DNA of 63,995 nucleotides, the filler included, from Octopus bimaculoides (lineage: Eukaryota): assembly GCF_001194135.2 (NCBI RefSeq). It is 5 parts of 4 records of this genome, joined end to end, with 100 filler letters (N's around TTAATTAATTAA, not from the genome) between each part and the next. Parts side by side here need not be neighbours in the genome. Positions count along the whole stretch, not along the records: positions 43,424 to 55,347 come from NC_069004.1; positions 55,448 to 62,693 come from NC_068987.1; 3 more parts are not named here. One strand, given 5' to 3'. How positions within the stretch are numbered: the stretch's first letter is position 1; each line of letters starts with the position of its first letter. Shown here one piece after another: positions 50,601-62,358 of this stretch. The notes under the pieces were generated by a model. It saw only the letters and a program-made list of their open reading frames with translations. It was not told the origin of the DNA and did not search any database. A program made the position numbers and the translations under genes.

Positions 50601-53600
50601 TCTTTCGTTATTTCCTGCCTACGTAATACGTTTGTTCGTTCGTTCTTTTCTTCGTACGTACGTTCGATCGTTTTTACGTACGTTCTTTCGTTATTTCCTG
50701 CCTACGTAATACGTTTGTTCGTTCGTTCTTTCCTTCCTACGTTCGTTCGTTCGTTCTTTCCTTCCTACGTTCGTTCGTACGTTCGTTCGTTTTTACGTAC
50801 GTAAGTTCGTTCGTAACTACGTCCGTTCGTATGTACGTTCTTACTTACGTTCTTTCATTATTTCCTGCCTACGTAATACGTTCGTTCGTTCCTTCTTTCC
50901 TTCGTACGTTCGTTCGTTTTTACGTACGTTCTTTCGTTATTTCCTGCCTTTGTAATACGTTCGATCGTTCGTTCTTTCATTCGTACGTACGTTCGTTCGT
51001 AATGTTCATTCGTTTTTACGTACGTACGTTCGTTCTTACTTACGTTCTTTCGTAATTTCCTGCCTACGTAATATGTTCGTTCGTTCTTTCCTTCGTACGT
51101 ACGTTCGTTCGTTCTTTCGTTTTTACGTACATTCTTTCGTTATTTCCTGCCTACGTAATACGTTCGATCGTTCGTCCTTTCCTTCGTACGTTCGTTCGTT
51201 CGTACGTTCATTCGTCTTTACGTACGTACGTTCGTTCTTACTTACGTTCTTTCTTATTTCCTGCCCACGTAGTACGTTCGTTCGTTCGTTCTTTCCTTCG
51301 TATGTTCGTACGTACGTTCGTTCCTTCGAAGGTACGTTTGTTTTTAAGTACGTACGTTCGTACTTACGTCCTTTCGTTAATTCCTGCCTACGTAATATGT
51401 TCGTTCGTTGTTTCCTTCGTACATTCGTTCCTTCGTACGTACGTTCGTTCTTTCGTACGTTCGTTCGTTTTTGCGTACGTTCGTTCGTTCTTACTTACGT
51501 TCTTTCGTTATTTCCTGCCTACGTAATATGTTCGTTCGTTCGTTCATTCCTTCGTACGTACGTTCGTTCGTTTTTACGTACGCTCTTTCGTTATTTCCTG
51601 CCTACGTAATACGTTCGTTCGTTCTTTCCTTTGTACGTTCGTTCATTCTTACGTACGTTCGTTGTTTCGTACGTTCTTTCGTTATTTCCTGCCTACGTAA
51701 TACGATCGATCGTTCTTTCCTTCATACGTACGTTCGTTCTTACGTTCTATCGTTATTTGCTGCCTACATAATACGTTCGTTCGTTTTTACGTACGTTCTT
51801 TCGTTATTTTCTGGCTACGTAATACGTTCGTTCGTTCTTTCCTTCCTACGTTCGTTTCTTCGTACGTACGTTTTTTCGTACGTACGTTCGTTCGTCTTTA
51901 CGTATGTACGTTCGTTCTTTCCTGCCTACGTAATACGTTCGTGCGTTGGTTTTTTCCTTCGTCCGTTCGTACCCTCGTACGTACGTTCGTTCGTTTTTAC
52001 GTACGTAAGTTCGTTCGTACCTACGTCCGTTCGTACGTACGTTCTTACTTACGATCTTTCGTTATTTCCTGCCTACGTAAGTTCGTTCGTTCCTTCTTTC
52101 CTTCGTACGTTCGTTCGTTCCTATGTACGTTCGTTCGTTATTTCCTGTCTACCTAATACGTTCGTTTGTTCTTTCCTTCGTACGTTCGTTCATACTTACG
52201 TTCTTTCTTTATTTCCTGCCTACGTAATACGCTCCTTCGTTCATTCTTTCCTACGTCCGTTTGTTCATTCGTACGTACGTTCATTCCCTCGTACGTACGT
52301 TTGTTTTTACGTACGTAGTTCGTACTTACGTCCATTCCTTATTTCCTGCCTACGTAATATGTTCGTTCGTTCTTTCCTTCGTACGTACGTTCGTTCCTTC
52401 GTACGTACGTTCGTTCGTACGTTCGTTCGTTCGTTCTTACTTACGTTCTTTCGTTATTTCCTGCCTACGTAATATGTTCGTTCGTTCGTGTTTACGTACG
52501 ATCTTTCGTTATTTCCTACCTACGTAAAACGTCGTTCGTTCGTTCTTTCGTTCGTACGTTCGTTCCTTCTTACGTACGTTCGTTCGTACCTACGTTCGTT
52601 CGTTTTTACGTATGTTCTTTCGTTATTTCCTGCCTATGTAATACGTTCGATCATTCATTCTTTCCGTCGTACGTACGTTCGTTCTTTCCTTCGTACGTTC
52701 GTTCCTTATTACGTACGTTCGTTCGTACGTTCGTTCGTTTTTACCTACGTTTTACGTTCGTTCGTTCTTTCCTTTCCACGTTCGTTCCTTCATACCTTCG
52801 TTTGTTCGTTCCTTCGTACGTACGTTTTTTCGTACGTACGTTCGTTCGTTTTTACGTACGTACGTTCGTTCTTTCCTGCCTACGTAATACGTTCGTTCGT
52901 TGGTTTTTTTCCTTCGTCCGTTCGTTCCTCCTTACGTAAGTTCGTTCGTACCTATGTTCGTTCGTTTTTACGTACGTTCTTTCGTTTTTTCCTGCCTTTG
53001 TAATACGTTCGATCGTTTGTTCTTTCCTTCGTACGTACGTTTGTTCGTTCGTTTTTACGTACGCACGTTTGTTTTTACTTACGTTCTTTCATTATTTCCT
53101 GCCTACGTAATACGTCCGTTCGTTCGTTCTTTCCTTCGTACGCTCGTTCCTTCGTACGTACGTTCGTTTTTACGTACGTACGTTCGTACTTACGTTCTTT
53201 CGTCATTTCCTGCCTACGTAATATGTTCGTTTGTTCTTTCCTTCGTTCGTACGTTCGTTCGTCTTTATGTACGTTCTTTCGTTATTTTCTGCCTACGTAT
53301 TACGTTCGTTCGTTCGTTCTTTCCTTCGTACGTTCGTTTGTTCATACGTACGTACGTTCGTTTTTACGTACGTACGTTCGTTATTTCCTGCCTACGTAAT
53401 ACGTTCGTTCGTTTCTTCTTTCCTTGGTACGTTCGTTCCTTCGTACGTACGTTCGATCGTACCTACGTTCGTTCGTACGTTCGTTCGTTGTTTCGTACGT
53501 TCTTTCGTTATTTCCTGCATACGAAATACGTTCGATCGTTCGTTCTTTCCTTCGTACGTACGTTCGTTCGTAAGTTCATTCGTTTTTAGGTACGTACGTT

Positions 53601-54723
53601 CGTTTGTTCTTCCATTCGTACGTTCGTTCCTTCGTACGTTCGTTCCTTCGTACGTACGTTCATTCGTACCTACGTTCGTTCGTTTTTACGTATGTACCTT
53701 CGTTCTTACTTACGTTCTTTCGTTATTTCCTGCCTACGTAATACGTTCGTTCGTTCTTTCCTTCTTACGTACGTTCGTTCGTTTTTACGTACGTTCTATC
53801 GTTACTTTTTGCCTACGTAATACGTTCGTTCGTTTGTTCTTTCCTTCGTACGTTCGTTCCTTCGTACGTACGTTCGTTCCTTCGTACGTACGTTCCTTCG
53901 TTTTTACGTACGTACGTTCGTTCTTACTTACGTTCTTTCGTCATTTCCTGCCTACGTAATACGTTCGTTCTTACTTACGTTCTTTCGTCATTTCTTGCCT
54001 ACGTAATACGTTCGTTCCTTCGTATGTACGTTCGTTCGTACGTTCGTTCGTTTTTACGTACGTACGTTTGTTCTTACGTACGCTCTTTCCTTATTTCCTG
54101 CCTTCGTAATACGTTCGTTCGTTCTTTCGTTATTTCCTGCCCACGTAATACGTTCGTTCTTTCCATCGTACGTCCGTTCATTTGTGCGTACGTTCGTTCG
54201 TACGTTCGCTCGTTCGTACGTCCGTCCATTTGTGCGTACGTTCGTTCGTACGTTCGTTCGGTCCTTCCTTCGTTCCTTCCTACGTACGTTCGTTCGTTCG
54301 GTCGTAAGTTCGTACGTACGTTAATTCGTTTGTTTGTTTGTTCGTACTTATGTTCGTTCATTCTTTCGTTTGTTCGTTTGTACGTTATTTCCTACCTACG
54401 TACGTACGCACATTCCTTCGTTCGTTCGTTTGTTCCTTCGTTCGTACGCATTTACGTACGTATGTTCGATTGTACATTCGTTTGTTCAATCGTTCTTTCG
54501 TTCGTACGTTCGGTTGTTCGATCGTACGTATGTTCCTTCGATCGTTCGTTGGTTCGTTTGTCCATTCGTACGTACGTACGTTCGTTTGGTCGTTCCTACG
54601 TACGTATGTACGTATGTTCGTTCGTTCCTTTGTTCGTACAAACGTACGTACGCACGTATTTTCGTTCGTTGGCACGAACGTAACTACGTACGTACGTTCG
54701 TTCGTTCTTTTGAAAGAACGAAC
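44632..54723. repeat. ~10 kb CpG-rich complex satellite: conserved motif ttctttcgttatttcctgcctacgtaatacg separated by variable TTCG/TACG/TTCC spacers
   Basis: About 12 motif copies in the first 1.1 kb, so roughly 100 in total (estimate). The plus strand is strongly T/C-rich. Three internal gaps. Confidence 0.97.
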
Positions 54724-55300
54724 AAACTTCATACAAATGTAGAGCAAGAGGTAAAAACAGAGGTGTGGTAGAGACCAGAAGAAAAACAACAGCAAAAATA
54801 AGATAGAAATAAAAATAAAAAATAGAATGAAAATCAAAATCAAAATTATAATAATGGTACAGCAGGAAAAAAAAACAATAATAATAATAATAAAGAATAC
54901 ATAAATTAAAAATGAAGGTATAGCATGTGGGACATACAAAAATATAAAAAAGATATATGTCAAGGCACACAAAGAGCCTACAAATATTATAAATAGGTAG
55001 CTATAGACACTTCAATGCACATATATATATGTGTGGGTTCGTGTGCACAGCCTTACTCGGATGTCCCCTTACTCCCATGTGTGCATATACAAGTTTTTAT
55101 AAGCAAACATTCCACCACATACGTTGTTTGTGGCATCAGCGCTATTAGACGTATCTAGAAAGCTGTAAGTGTTTTTTAGAAAGGAAGTTTTGTTGAGTGT
55201 GTGTGTGCCATTTCTATATATATTGGAAGGTTCTATGTAGAAGTTCATTTTATAAAGTTATTAATGTTCTAGTAGCAATAACATATACATACATACATAT

Positions 55301-55347
<47 letters not shown>

Positions 55348-55447
55348 NNNNNNNNNNNNNNNNNNNNNNNNNNNNNNNNNNNNNNNNNNNNTTAATTAAT
55401 TAANNNNNNNNNNNNNNNNNNNNNNNNNNNNNNNNNNNNNNNNNNNN
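55348..55447. other. Artificial scaffold spacer (44 N + TTAATTAATTAA + 44 N)
   Basis: Linker at 55392-55403. Confidence 0.95.
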
Positions 55448-55470
55448 ATATATATATATATATATATATA

Positions 55471-57052
55471 CAGGGGGTGGACAAAATAATGGAAACAATT
55501 TCAAATTTCAAACAAATTTACTTTAATTTGGGGTACGACCGCCTTTGTCAGTAATTACAGCTTGAATTCTACGAGGTATGGAATCGTACAGAGTTTGAAT
55601 TGTTTCCAAATGATTTTTTTTCCATTATTCAACTAAAACAGTTTCCATTTCTTGTAGTTATGATGGTGGACGATATGGACTCCTTACGTGTTTTTCTAAA
55701 ATGCTCCATAAATGTTCAATAATATTGAGATCTGGAGAGTGCGGTGGGCAGATGAGATATTCAACTTCACTAGAATGTTCATCGTACCATTCAGTAACAA
55801 CTTTAGGAAAAAATTGATCAGAGGATAAATTTGATCAGATAAAATGTTTAAATAGTCATGACTATTAATTCTGCCATGAAGGGAAAACATTGATCCCCCC
55901 CCCCTGATCATCACAGATCGTCCTCCATGTTTCACACTTGGAAGAATGCAGTTTTGGTCCACTGCTTCCTTTGGCTGTCTGCACCCGTATACTCGGACGG
56001 TGGTCGCAAATACAATAAAGGATGACTCGTACGAGAAAATAATATTATTCCACTGCTCTAGGGACCAATTGACTCTTAATTCTGCTATAAAGGGAAACCA
56101 TTGCGCCGGCGGATTTCCAAGATATAGCCATTTACCCCCACCCCCAGTCATCACAGATCCTCATCTATTTTTAAAAGTTGGAAGAAGGCAGTTTGGGTGA
56201 AATGATTTTTTTTGGCAGTCTCTACAGGTATAACTAGGTCAGTAGTCGGAAATAAGGTAAAGTATGACTCGTCCAAAAAAATATATTCTTCCACCGCTCT
56301 AGGAACCAATTGTGTGGGTTTTTAATCCACACTAAACGCTTTGGCAGTAATTGCAGCTTGAAATCTACGAGGTATGGACTCGTACAAATTTTTGTCCATT
56401 CTTCAGGTAAAACAATTTCCAGTTCTTGTAGTGATGATGCTTGAGGATGTTGACGCCTTATTGTTTTTTTCTAAAATACATCATATATGATCTATAATAC
56501 TGACATCTGGGGACTGTGGTGGCCAGGTAAAATGTTCAACTTCACTAGAAAATTCATCGTGCCATATAGTGTGAATTGGTGCATTATCATCCTGAAAGAT
56601 TGCATTCTCTTCTGGAAACTGTTTTGCAACCATTGGATGAATTTACTCAGACAAAATGCTTAGTCTTCACTCTTAATTCTGCTATAAAGGGAATCCATTG
56701 CGCCGGCGGATTTCCAAGATATAGCCATTTACACCCCACCCCCAGTCATCACATGTCCTCATCTATTTTTAAAAGTTGGAAGAAGGCAGTTTGGGTGAAA
56801 TGATTTTTTTGGCAGTCTCTACAGGTATAACTAGGCCGGTGGTCGGAAATAAGGTAAAGTATGACTCGTCCAAGAAAATATATTCTTCCACTGCTCTAGG
56901 GACCAATTGTGTAGGTTTTTAATCCACACTAAACGCTTTGCAACGTTTGTTTTTGAAAGTAGTGGATTTCTGATTGCAGCCCTCCTGTGGAATCCGGCTT
57001 TGTGTAGGTCCCGGCGAACAGTTCTTGAGGAAACTGGATTCTCGAGGTGGTC
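55471..57052 (-). mobile_element. Rearranged Tc1 (DD34E) transposon remnants
   Basis: TA + cagggggtggacaaaataatggaaac terminus. Minus-strand pieces: VSSRTVRRDLHKAGFHRRAAIRNPLLSKTNVAKRL, NWSLEQWNNIIFSYESSF, LPSVKHGG, FQDDNAPIH (56571-97), SPDLNIIEHLW and LYDSIPRRIQAVITDKGGRTPN*, with stops and frameshifts. Confidence 0.93.
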
Positions 57053-58614
57053 ANNNNNNNNNNNNNNNNNNNNNNNNNNNNNNNNNNNNNNNNNNNNNNN
57101 NNNNNNNNNNNNNNNNNNNNNNNNNNNNNNNNNNNNNNNNNNNNNNNNNNNNNNNNNNNNNNNNNNNNNNNNNNNNNNNNNNNNNNNNNNNNNNNNNNNN
57201 NNNNNNNNNNNNNNNNNNNNNNNNNNNNNNNNNNNNNNNNNNNNNNNNNNNNNNNNNNNNNNNNNNNNNNNNNNNNNNNNNNNNNNNNNNNNNNNNNNNN
57301 NNNNNNNNNNNNNNNNNNNNNNNNNNNNNNNNNNNNNNNNNNNNNNNNNNNNNNNNNNNNNNNNNNNNNNNNNNNNNNNNNNNNNNNNNNNNNNNNNNNN
57401 NNNNNNNNNNNNNNNNNNNNNNNNNNNNNNNNNNNNNNNNNNNNNNNNNNNNNNNNNNNNNNNNNNNNNNNNNNNNNNNNNNNNNNNNNNNNNNNNNNNN
57501 NNNNNNNNNNNNNNNNNNNNNNNNNNNNNNNNNNNNNNNNNNNNNNNNNNNNNNNNNNNNNNNNNNNNNNNNNNNNNNNNNNNNNNNNNNNNNNNNNNNN
57601 NNNNNNNNNNNNNNNNNNNNNNNNNNNNNNNNNNNNNNNNNNNNNNNNNNNNNNNNNNNNNNNNNNNNNNNNNNNNNNNNNNNNNNNNNNNNNNNNNNNN
57701 NNNNNNNNNNNNNNNNNNNCATATGGATGTATATACATATATATGTATGTGTGTATATGTATATATGTATTTATAGATCTGTATGTTTGTGTCTTTGTAC
57801 ACCACACCTTTCGACCACCGATGACGGTTCTTTCACGTTCCAGAAACATAGCGGTTCGGCAAAGCAGAGTATCAAAATTACAAAGAAAATCCAAGGGTAG
57901 ATTTCTTCAACTCAAATGTGGTCATCCACCATACCCACAATCCACAATCAAAATGACTGAGACAATTAGTCATACATGCCTGGATGTCTTCCTTTTATTA
58001 ACCTTAGTGTTATATAATTGATTTATTGCATTTTCTATTTCTTTGAAGGCCAGACTGAATATATTATGGAAGACTGAATATATGAAGGCAAGAATGAACA
58101 TATGATAGAAACTTAGCTGTATTAATAATGAGTAAGGAAGTGGTGATACCGATAGTCTCCTGAGATAGTTTAAAGTTGGAAGGTTCTCGCATTCTGTAGG
58201 CGTTTGAATAAGTTGCTTTAAGCAAATTTGATAGAACTGTTCAATTAATTAAAGCGTTTTGGCGTATGTTAATATTTGTTGGATGAAAATAAATAAGAAG
58301 AGAAGCCGGAAACTTAAGGACTAGAGAGAAGGGTACACATACAAATAGAGACAGACAGAAAGAGAGAGAGTAGGGGAGAGAGAGTGAATGGAAGAGAGAG
58401 AAATTGGAAGAGTGCGTGAGGGACTGAGCCAGAGGGGAAGGTTATATGAATAGTAAACTGAAAGCTTTGTAGTTGGCCGAATTTGGTCACTTTTGTGCAA
58501 GCGTGAAAATTAACTGTCCAACAGAGTGTTTAGTTTAAATTATTGTATGTGAATTTGTATTCTTAATTAACTAACACGGTGTGCTGCCTCACTGATCTAT
58601 TAGAATAAATGATT

Positions 58615-59570
58615 TGTGGTATTTCTTCCGACTTTCTAGTCTGTGTTCTAATCATACCGAGGTCAGCTTTGCTTTACATCCCACGGGTGGACGATGAAAT
58701 AAAGTACCGGCCAAGTACTGGGGTTGATGAAAACGATTATCTCTTCGCTAGAAAATTGTTGGCCTCATGCAAAACATCAAAGAACATTGTTATTATTATT
58801 GAACAATGTCTACTATGTTTAAGACTGCAATAGCGAGTAAAAATAAATAAAATTGCTGATTATATTTCTCATAAGGAGAGAAATATTTACAATAATAACA
58901 ACACTAATTATTAAGGATATATCAAATGATATCAATAACGTTATTAATGGCATAAAGTGATATGGCGGCTGAAGAATTGCTAGTACGCCGTGCAAAATGC
59001 TTAGCAGCATTTCGTCCCTCTTTACAATCTGAGTTAGAATTCCACCGTGGTCGACGTTGCTTTTCATCCTTTCGAGGTCGATAAAGGATGTAATGGTTGA
59101 GGGCTTGGGTCCACTTTTCACCTCCCGCAAAGTTATTGTCCTTATGTCAAAACTTGTAAGCAATATTATAAAGTAATATCCATATTATATTAGTATGCCA
59201 GCAAAATGCTTAGCGGCATTTTGTCCGTTTTTACTTTCTGGGTTCAAATTCCGCCGTGATCGACTTTGATTTCATATTTTCGGGAGAGATGAAATAAGTA
59301 CTTACTCCTCCTCGAAATTGATGACCGTGTGCCAAAATTTGAAACCAATATTATTACCTAACACCCGGTAGACTTCTCAGCACGCCGAGCAAAATGCTTA
59401 GCAGCATTTCGCCGGTCGCTACGTTCTGAGTTCAAAATCCACCAAGGTCGACTTTGCTTTTCATCCATTCCAGATCGATAAAATAAATACCTGTGAAGCA
59501 CTGAAGTCGATGAATCTTCCGACTCCATCTCCCGTAATTTCAGGCCTTGTGACAAAGCTTCCAACAAATA
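58615..59570 (+). mobile_element. Four consecutive SINE copies (gagctggcagaa family) in the same orientation
   Basis: Units near 58615, 58963, 59190 and 59365. aaatgcttagc.gcattt is present in the last three and the cga..ttgc..t.catcc-like core in all. Confidence 0.8.
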
Positions 59571-59780
59571 TTCATCATAAGAATGCGGGGATTCAACGTG
59601 TTGAATAAAATGCTTTGCAAATTTAGATTCGACTCTCGAAATTCAGACATCAAATCAAAGCTAGGTGTCTCCTCAGGATCGATTATAATTGTACCAGCTA
59701 AGAACAGTTGTCCTTGTTCCATGTTTGTTTTTTTTTCTATAATATACTTCTTGCGACGTACGTACAGTTTTGGACTCCTG

Positions 59781-59820
<40 letters not shown>

Positions 59821-60137
59821 TACACACACACACACACACACACANNNNNNNNNNNNNNNNNNNNNNNNNNNNNNNNNNNNNNNNNNNNNNNNNNNNNNNN
59901 NNNNNNNNNNNNNNNNNNNNNNNNNNNNNNNNNNNNNNNNNNNNNNNNNNNNNNNNNNNNNNNNNNNNNNNNNNNNNNNNNNNNNNNNNNNNNNNNNNNN
60001 NNNNNNNNNNNNNNNNNNNNNNNNNNNNNNNNNNNNNNNNNNNNNNNNNNNNNNNNNNNNNNNNNNNNNNNNNNNNNNNNNNNNNNNNNNNNNNNNNNNN
60101 NNNNNNNNNNNNNNNNNNNNNNNNNNNNNNNNNNNNN

Positions 60138-60434
60138 TACTTGGTTCGACTACCATCCGTGTAGCACTTCTTATATTCATTCCCATGACTATCAATTCTA
60201 ATGTTCCTGCCGTAAGGCTTCACTTCCACACACACCAGTTTAATTCAATTTGTCCTTAGTTGAAAGACACCTCTTGTTTGTATTTGTAATTTTGTACCAG
60301 TTTTCCATATTTTTCGTCCTTGTTTTCGGATACGTTCGCTTGATTTCTTCCAAAGAATCTAGTGCCCTTAGCTTAGATTTTCTTGGGGCCGGCCAGATTG
60401 GAGTAGCCTCGATTTTAACCGGCCGAGAATGCAA
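60138..60434 (-). pseudogene. Decayed retroelement ORF fragment reaching the start of a putative RNase H domain
   Basis: IEATPIWPAPRKSKL... then, after a frameshift, NEYKKCYTDGSRTK. YTDGS is the first RNase H catalytic motif. The sequence runs into an N gap. Confidence 0.5.
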
Positions 60435-60635
60435 CGACGATCCGGGACTCGACTGACATAAAAAAGCTCCGAATGACCTGTCCTTGCTTTTTCCTGTCCT
60501 TTTATTGTATCGTCTAATTGTCTGGATGTTTTGTTGTCGATGTTACGTTCTTGTTCCATTTTTTTCTATATATACATATAGCGGCGTACGTGCACGTTTG
60601 GTCTCTTATATATCTATATCTATATCTATATATGA

Positions 60636-60678
60636 ATAATACATTTCTAAATCTCTCAGAGATTTAGAAATGTATTAT
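60636..60678. repeat. Perfect 43-bp palindrome (21-bp arms, 1-nt spacer)
   Basis: ataatacatttctaaatctct c agagatttagaaatgtattat. Confidence 0.95.
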
Positions 60679-62358
60679 CTCCCCCTTTGTCAACATAAGG
60701 ACACAGGATATGTGTCAAGGCTGACAGGAAGCGTTGCTTCCTAGGACCATATACCAGTAGTATTATTCTCTTTCATGGGACTCTCACATTTGGTTGACAA
60801 CATAACATCATTTTATAGTGTTACTACTCTATAAATCACTGAGAGATTTAGAAATGTGTTATTTCTATTTTCGAAATCAATAACTGTATTTCACTTGAAT
60901 TTTTATGTTTGCAGAGGCAGATACTCATCGACAGCTAGCAAGCCTTACTACTCCAGACTGATGACGAGTAATGACTCAGACACTAATCTCTGGATGCTGG
61001 CTTTGCTCGGTGGAGGTGCTTATATCCCACTTTGTAAACATAAGTAAACAGGAAATGTATCAAGACCGACAGGATGCGGTGCTTCCTAGAGTTAAATGGC
61101 AGTAGTGTTACTCTCTTTCATGGGACTGTCACATTAAGTTGACAACATACCACCACTATATATATATATATATATNNNNNNNNNNNNNNNNNNNNNNNNN
61201 NNNNNNNNNNNNNNNNNNNNNNNNNNNNNNNNNNNNNNNNNNNNNNNNNNNNNNNNNNNNNNNNNNNNNNNNNNNNNNNNNNNNNNNNNNNNNNNNNNNN
61301 NNNNNNNNNNNNNNNNNNNNNNNNNNNNNNNNNNNNNNNNNNNNNNNNNNNNNNNNNNNNNNNNNNNNNNNNNNNNNNNNNNNNNNNNNNNNNNNNNNNN
61401 NNNNNNNNNNNNNNNNNNNNNNNNNNNNNNNNNNNNNNNNNNNNNNNNNNNNNNNNNNNNNNNNNNNNNNNNNNNNNNNNNNNNNNNNNNNNNNNNNNNN
61501 NNNNNNNNNNNNNNNNNNNNNNNNNNNNNNNNNNNNNNNNNNNNNNNNNNNNNNNNNNNNNNNNNNNNNNNNNNNNNNNNNNNNNNNNNNNNNNNNNNNN
61601 NNNNNNNNNNNNNNNNNNNNNNNNNNNNNNNNNNNNNNNNNNNNNNNNNNNNNNNNNNNNNNNNNNNNNNNNNNNNNNNNNNNNNNNNNNNNNNNNNNNN
61701 NNNNNNNNNNNNNNNNNNNNNNNNNNNNNNNNNNNNNNNNNNNNNNNNNNNNNNNNNNNNNNNNNNNNNNNNNNNNNNNNNNNNNNNNNNNNNNNNNNNN
61801 NNNNNNNNNNNNNNNNNNNNNNNNNNNNNNNNNNNNNNNNNNNNNNNNNNNNNNNNNNNNNNNNNNNNNNNNNNNNNNNNNNNNNNNNNNNNNNNNNNNN
61901 NNNNNNNNNNNNNNNNNNNNNNNNNNNNNNNNNNNNNNNNNNNNNNNNNNNNNNNNNNNNNNNNNNNNNNNNNNNNNNNNNNNNNNNNNNNNNNNNNNNN
62001 NNNNNNNNNNNNNNNNNNNNNNNNNNNNNNNNNNNNNNNNNNNNNNNNNNNNNNNNNNNNNNNNNNNNNNNNNNNNNNNNNNNNNNNNNNNNNNNNNNNN
62101 NNNNNNNNNNNNNNNNNNNNNNNNNNNNNNNNNNNNNNNNNNNNNNNNNNNNNNTATTATATGTATTTATTTGCTCTAAGCTAATAATTAACTCGGACAA
62201 AATAAATTGGTTAATAGATACCAGGGTAGCAAAGATCACAAAATGACTGTGGTGTAACTCCTGTTTATGAGGTAGAAACTCCTTGATATTTTGGGTACTT
62301 GAATAAATATATACATTTAGTAAATGGAGTAAAACGCATATGTTAAATGGATTCTTTT

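Noticed and set aside
44632-54140. CRISPR-like layout (conserved ~30-nt repeat plus variable spacers)
   Set aside because: Spacers are low-complexity permutations of the same tetramers and vary widely in length. There are no cas genes, and the context is eukaryotic.
44713-54972. Many long plus-strand ORFs (up to 354 aa) rich in F/V/R/S/Y/T
   Set aside because: The T/C-rich satellite strand has almost no stop codons, and all three frames give the same low-complexity peptides.
59540-59730. Minus-strand peptide AGTIIIDPEETPSFDLMSEF as a host exon
   Set aside because: No credible donor, it runs into a SINE tail, and there is no recognisable homology.
1824-62239. Long ORFs spanning N runs or (TA)n/(TG)n/(TACA)n tracts
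   Set aside because: Artefacts of gaps and microsatellites ([13 protein letters not shown] runs).
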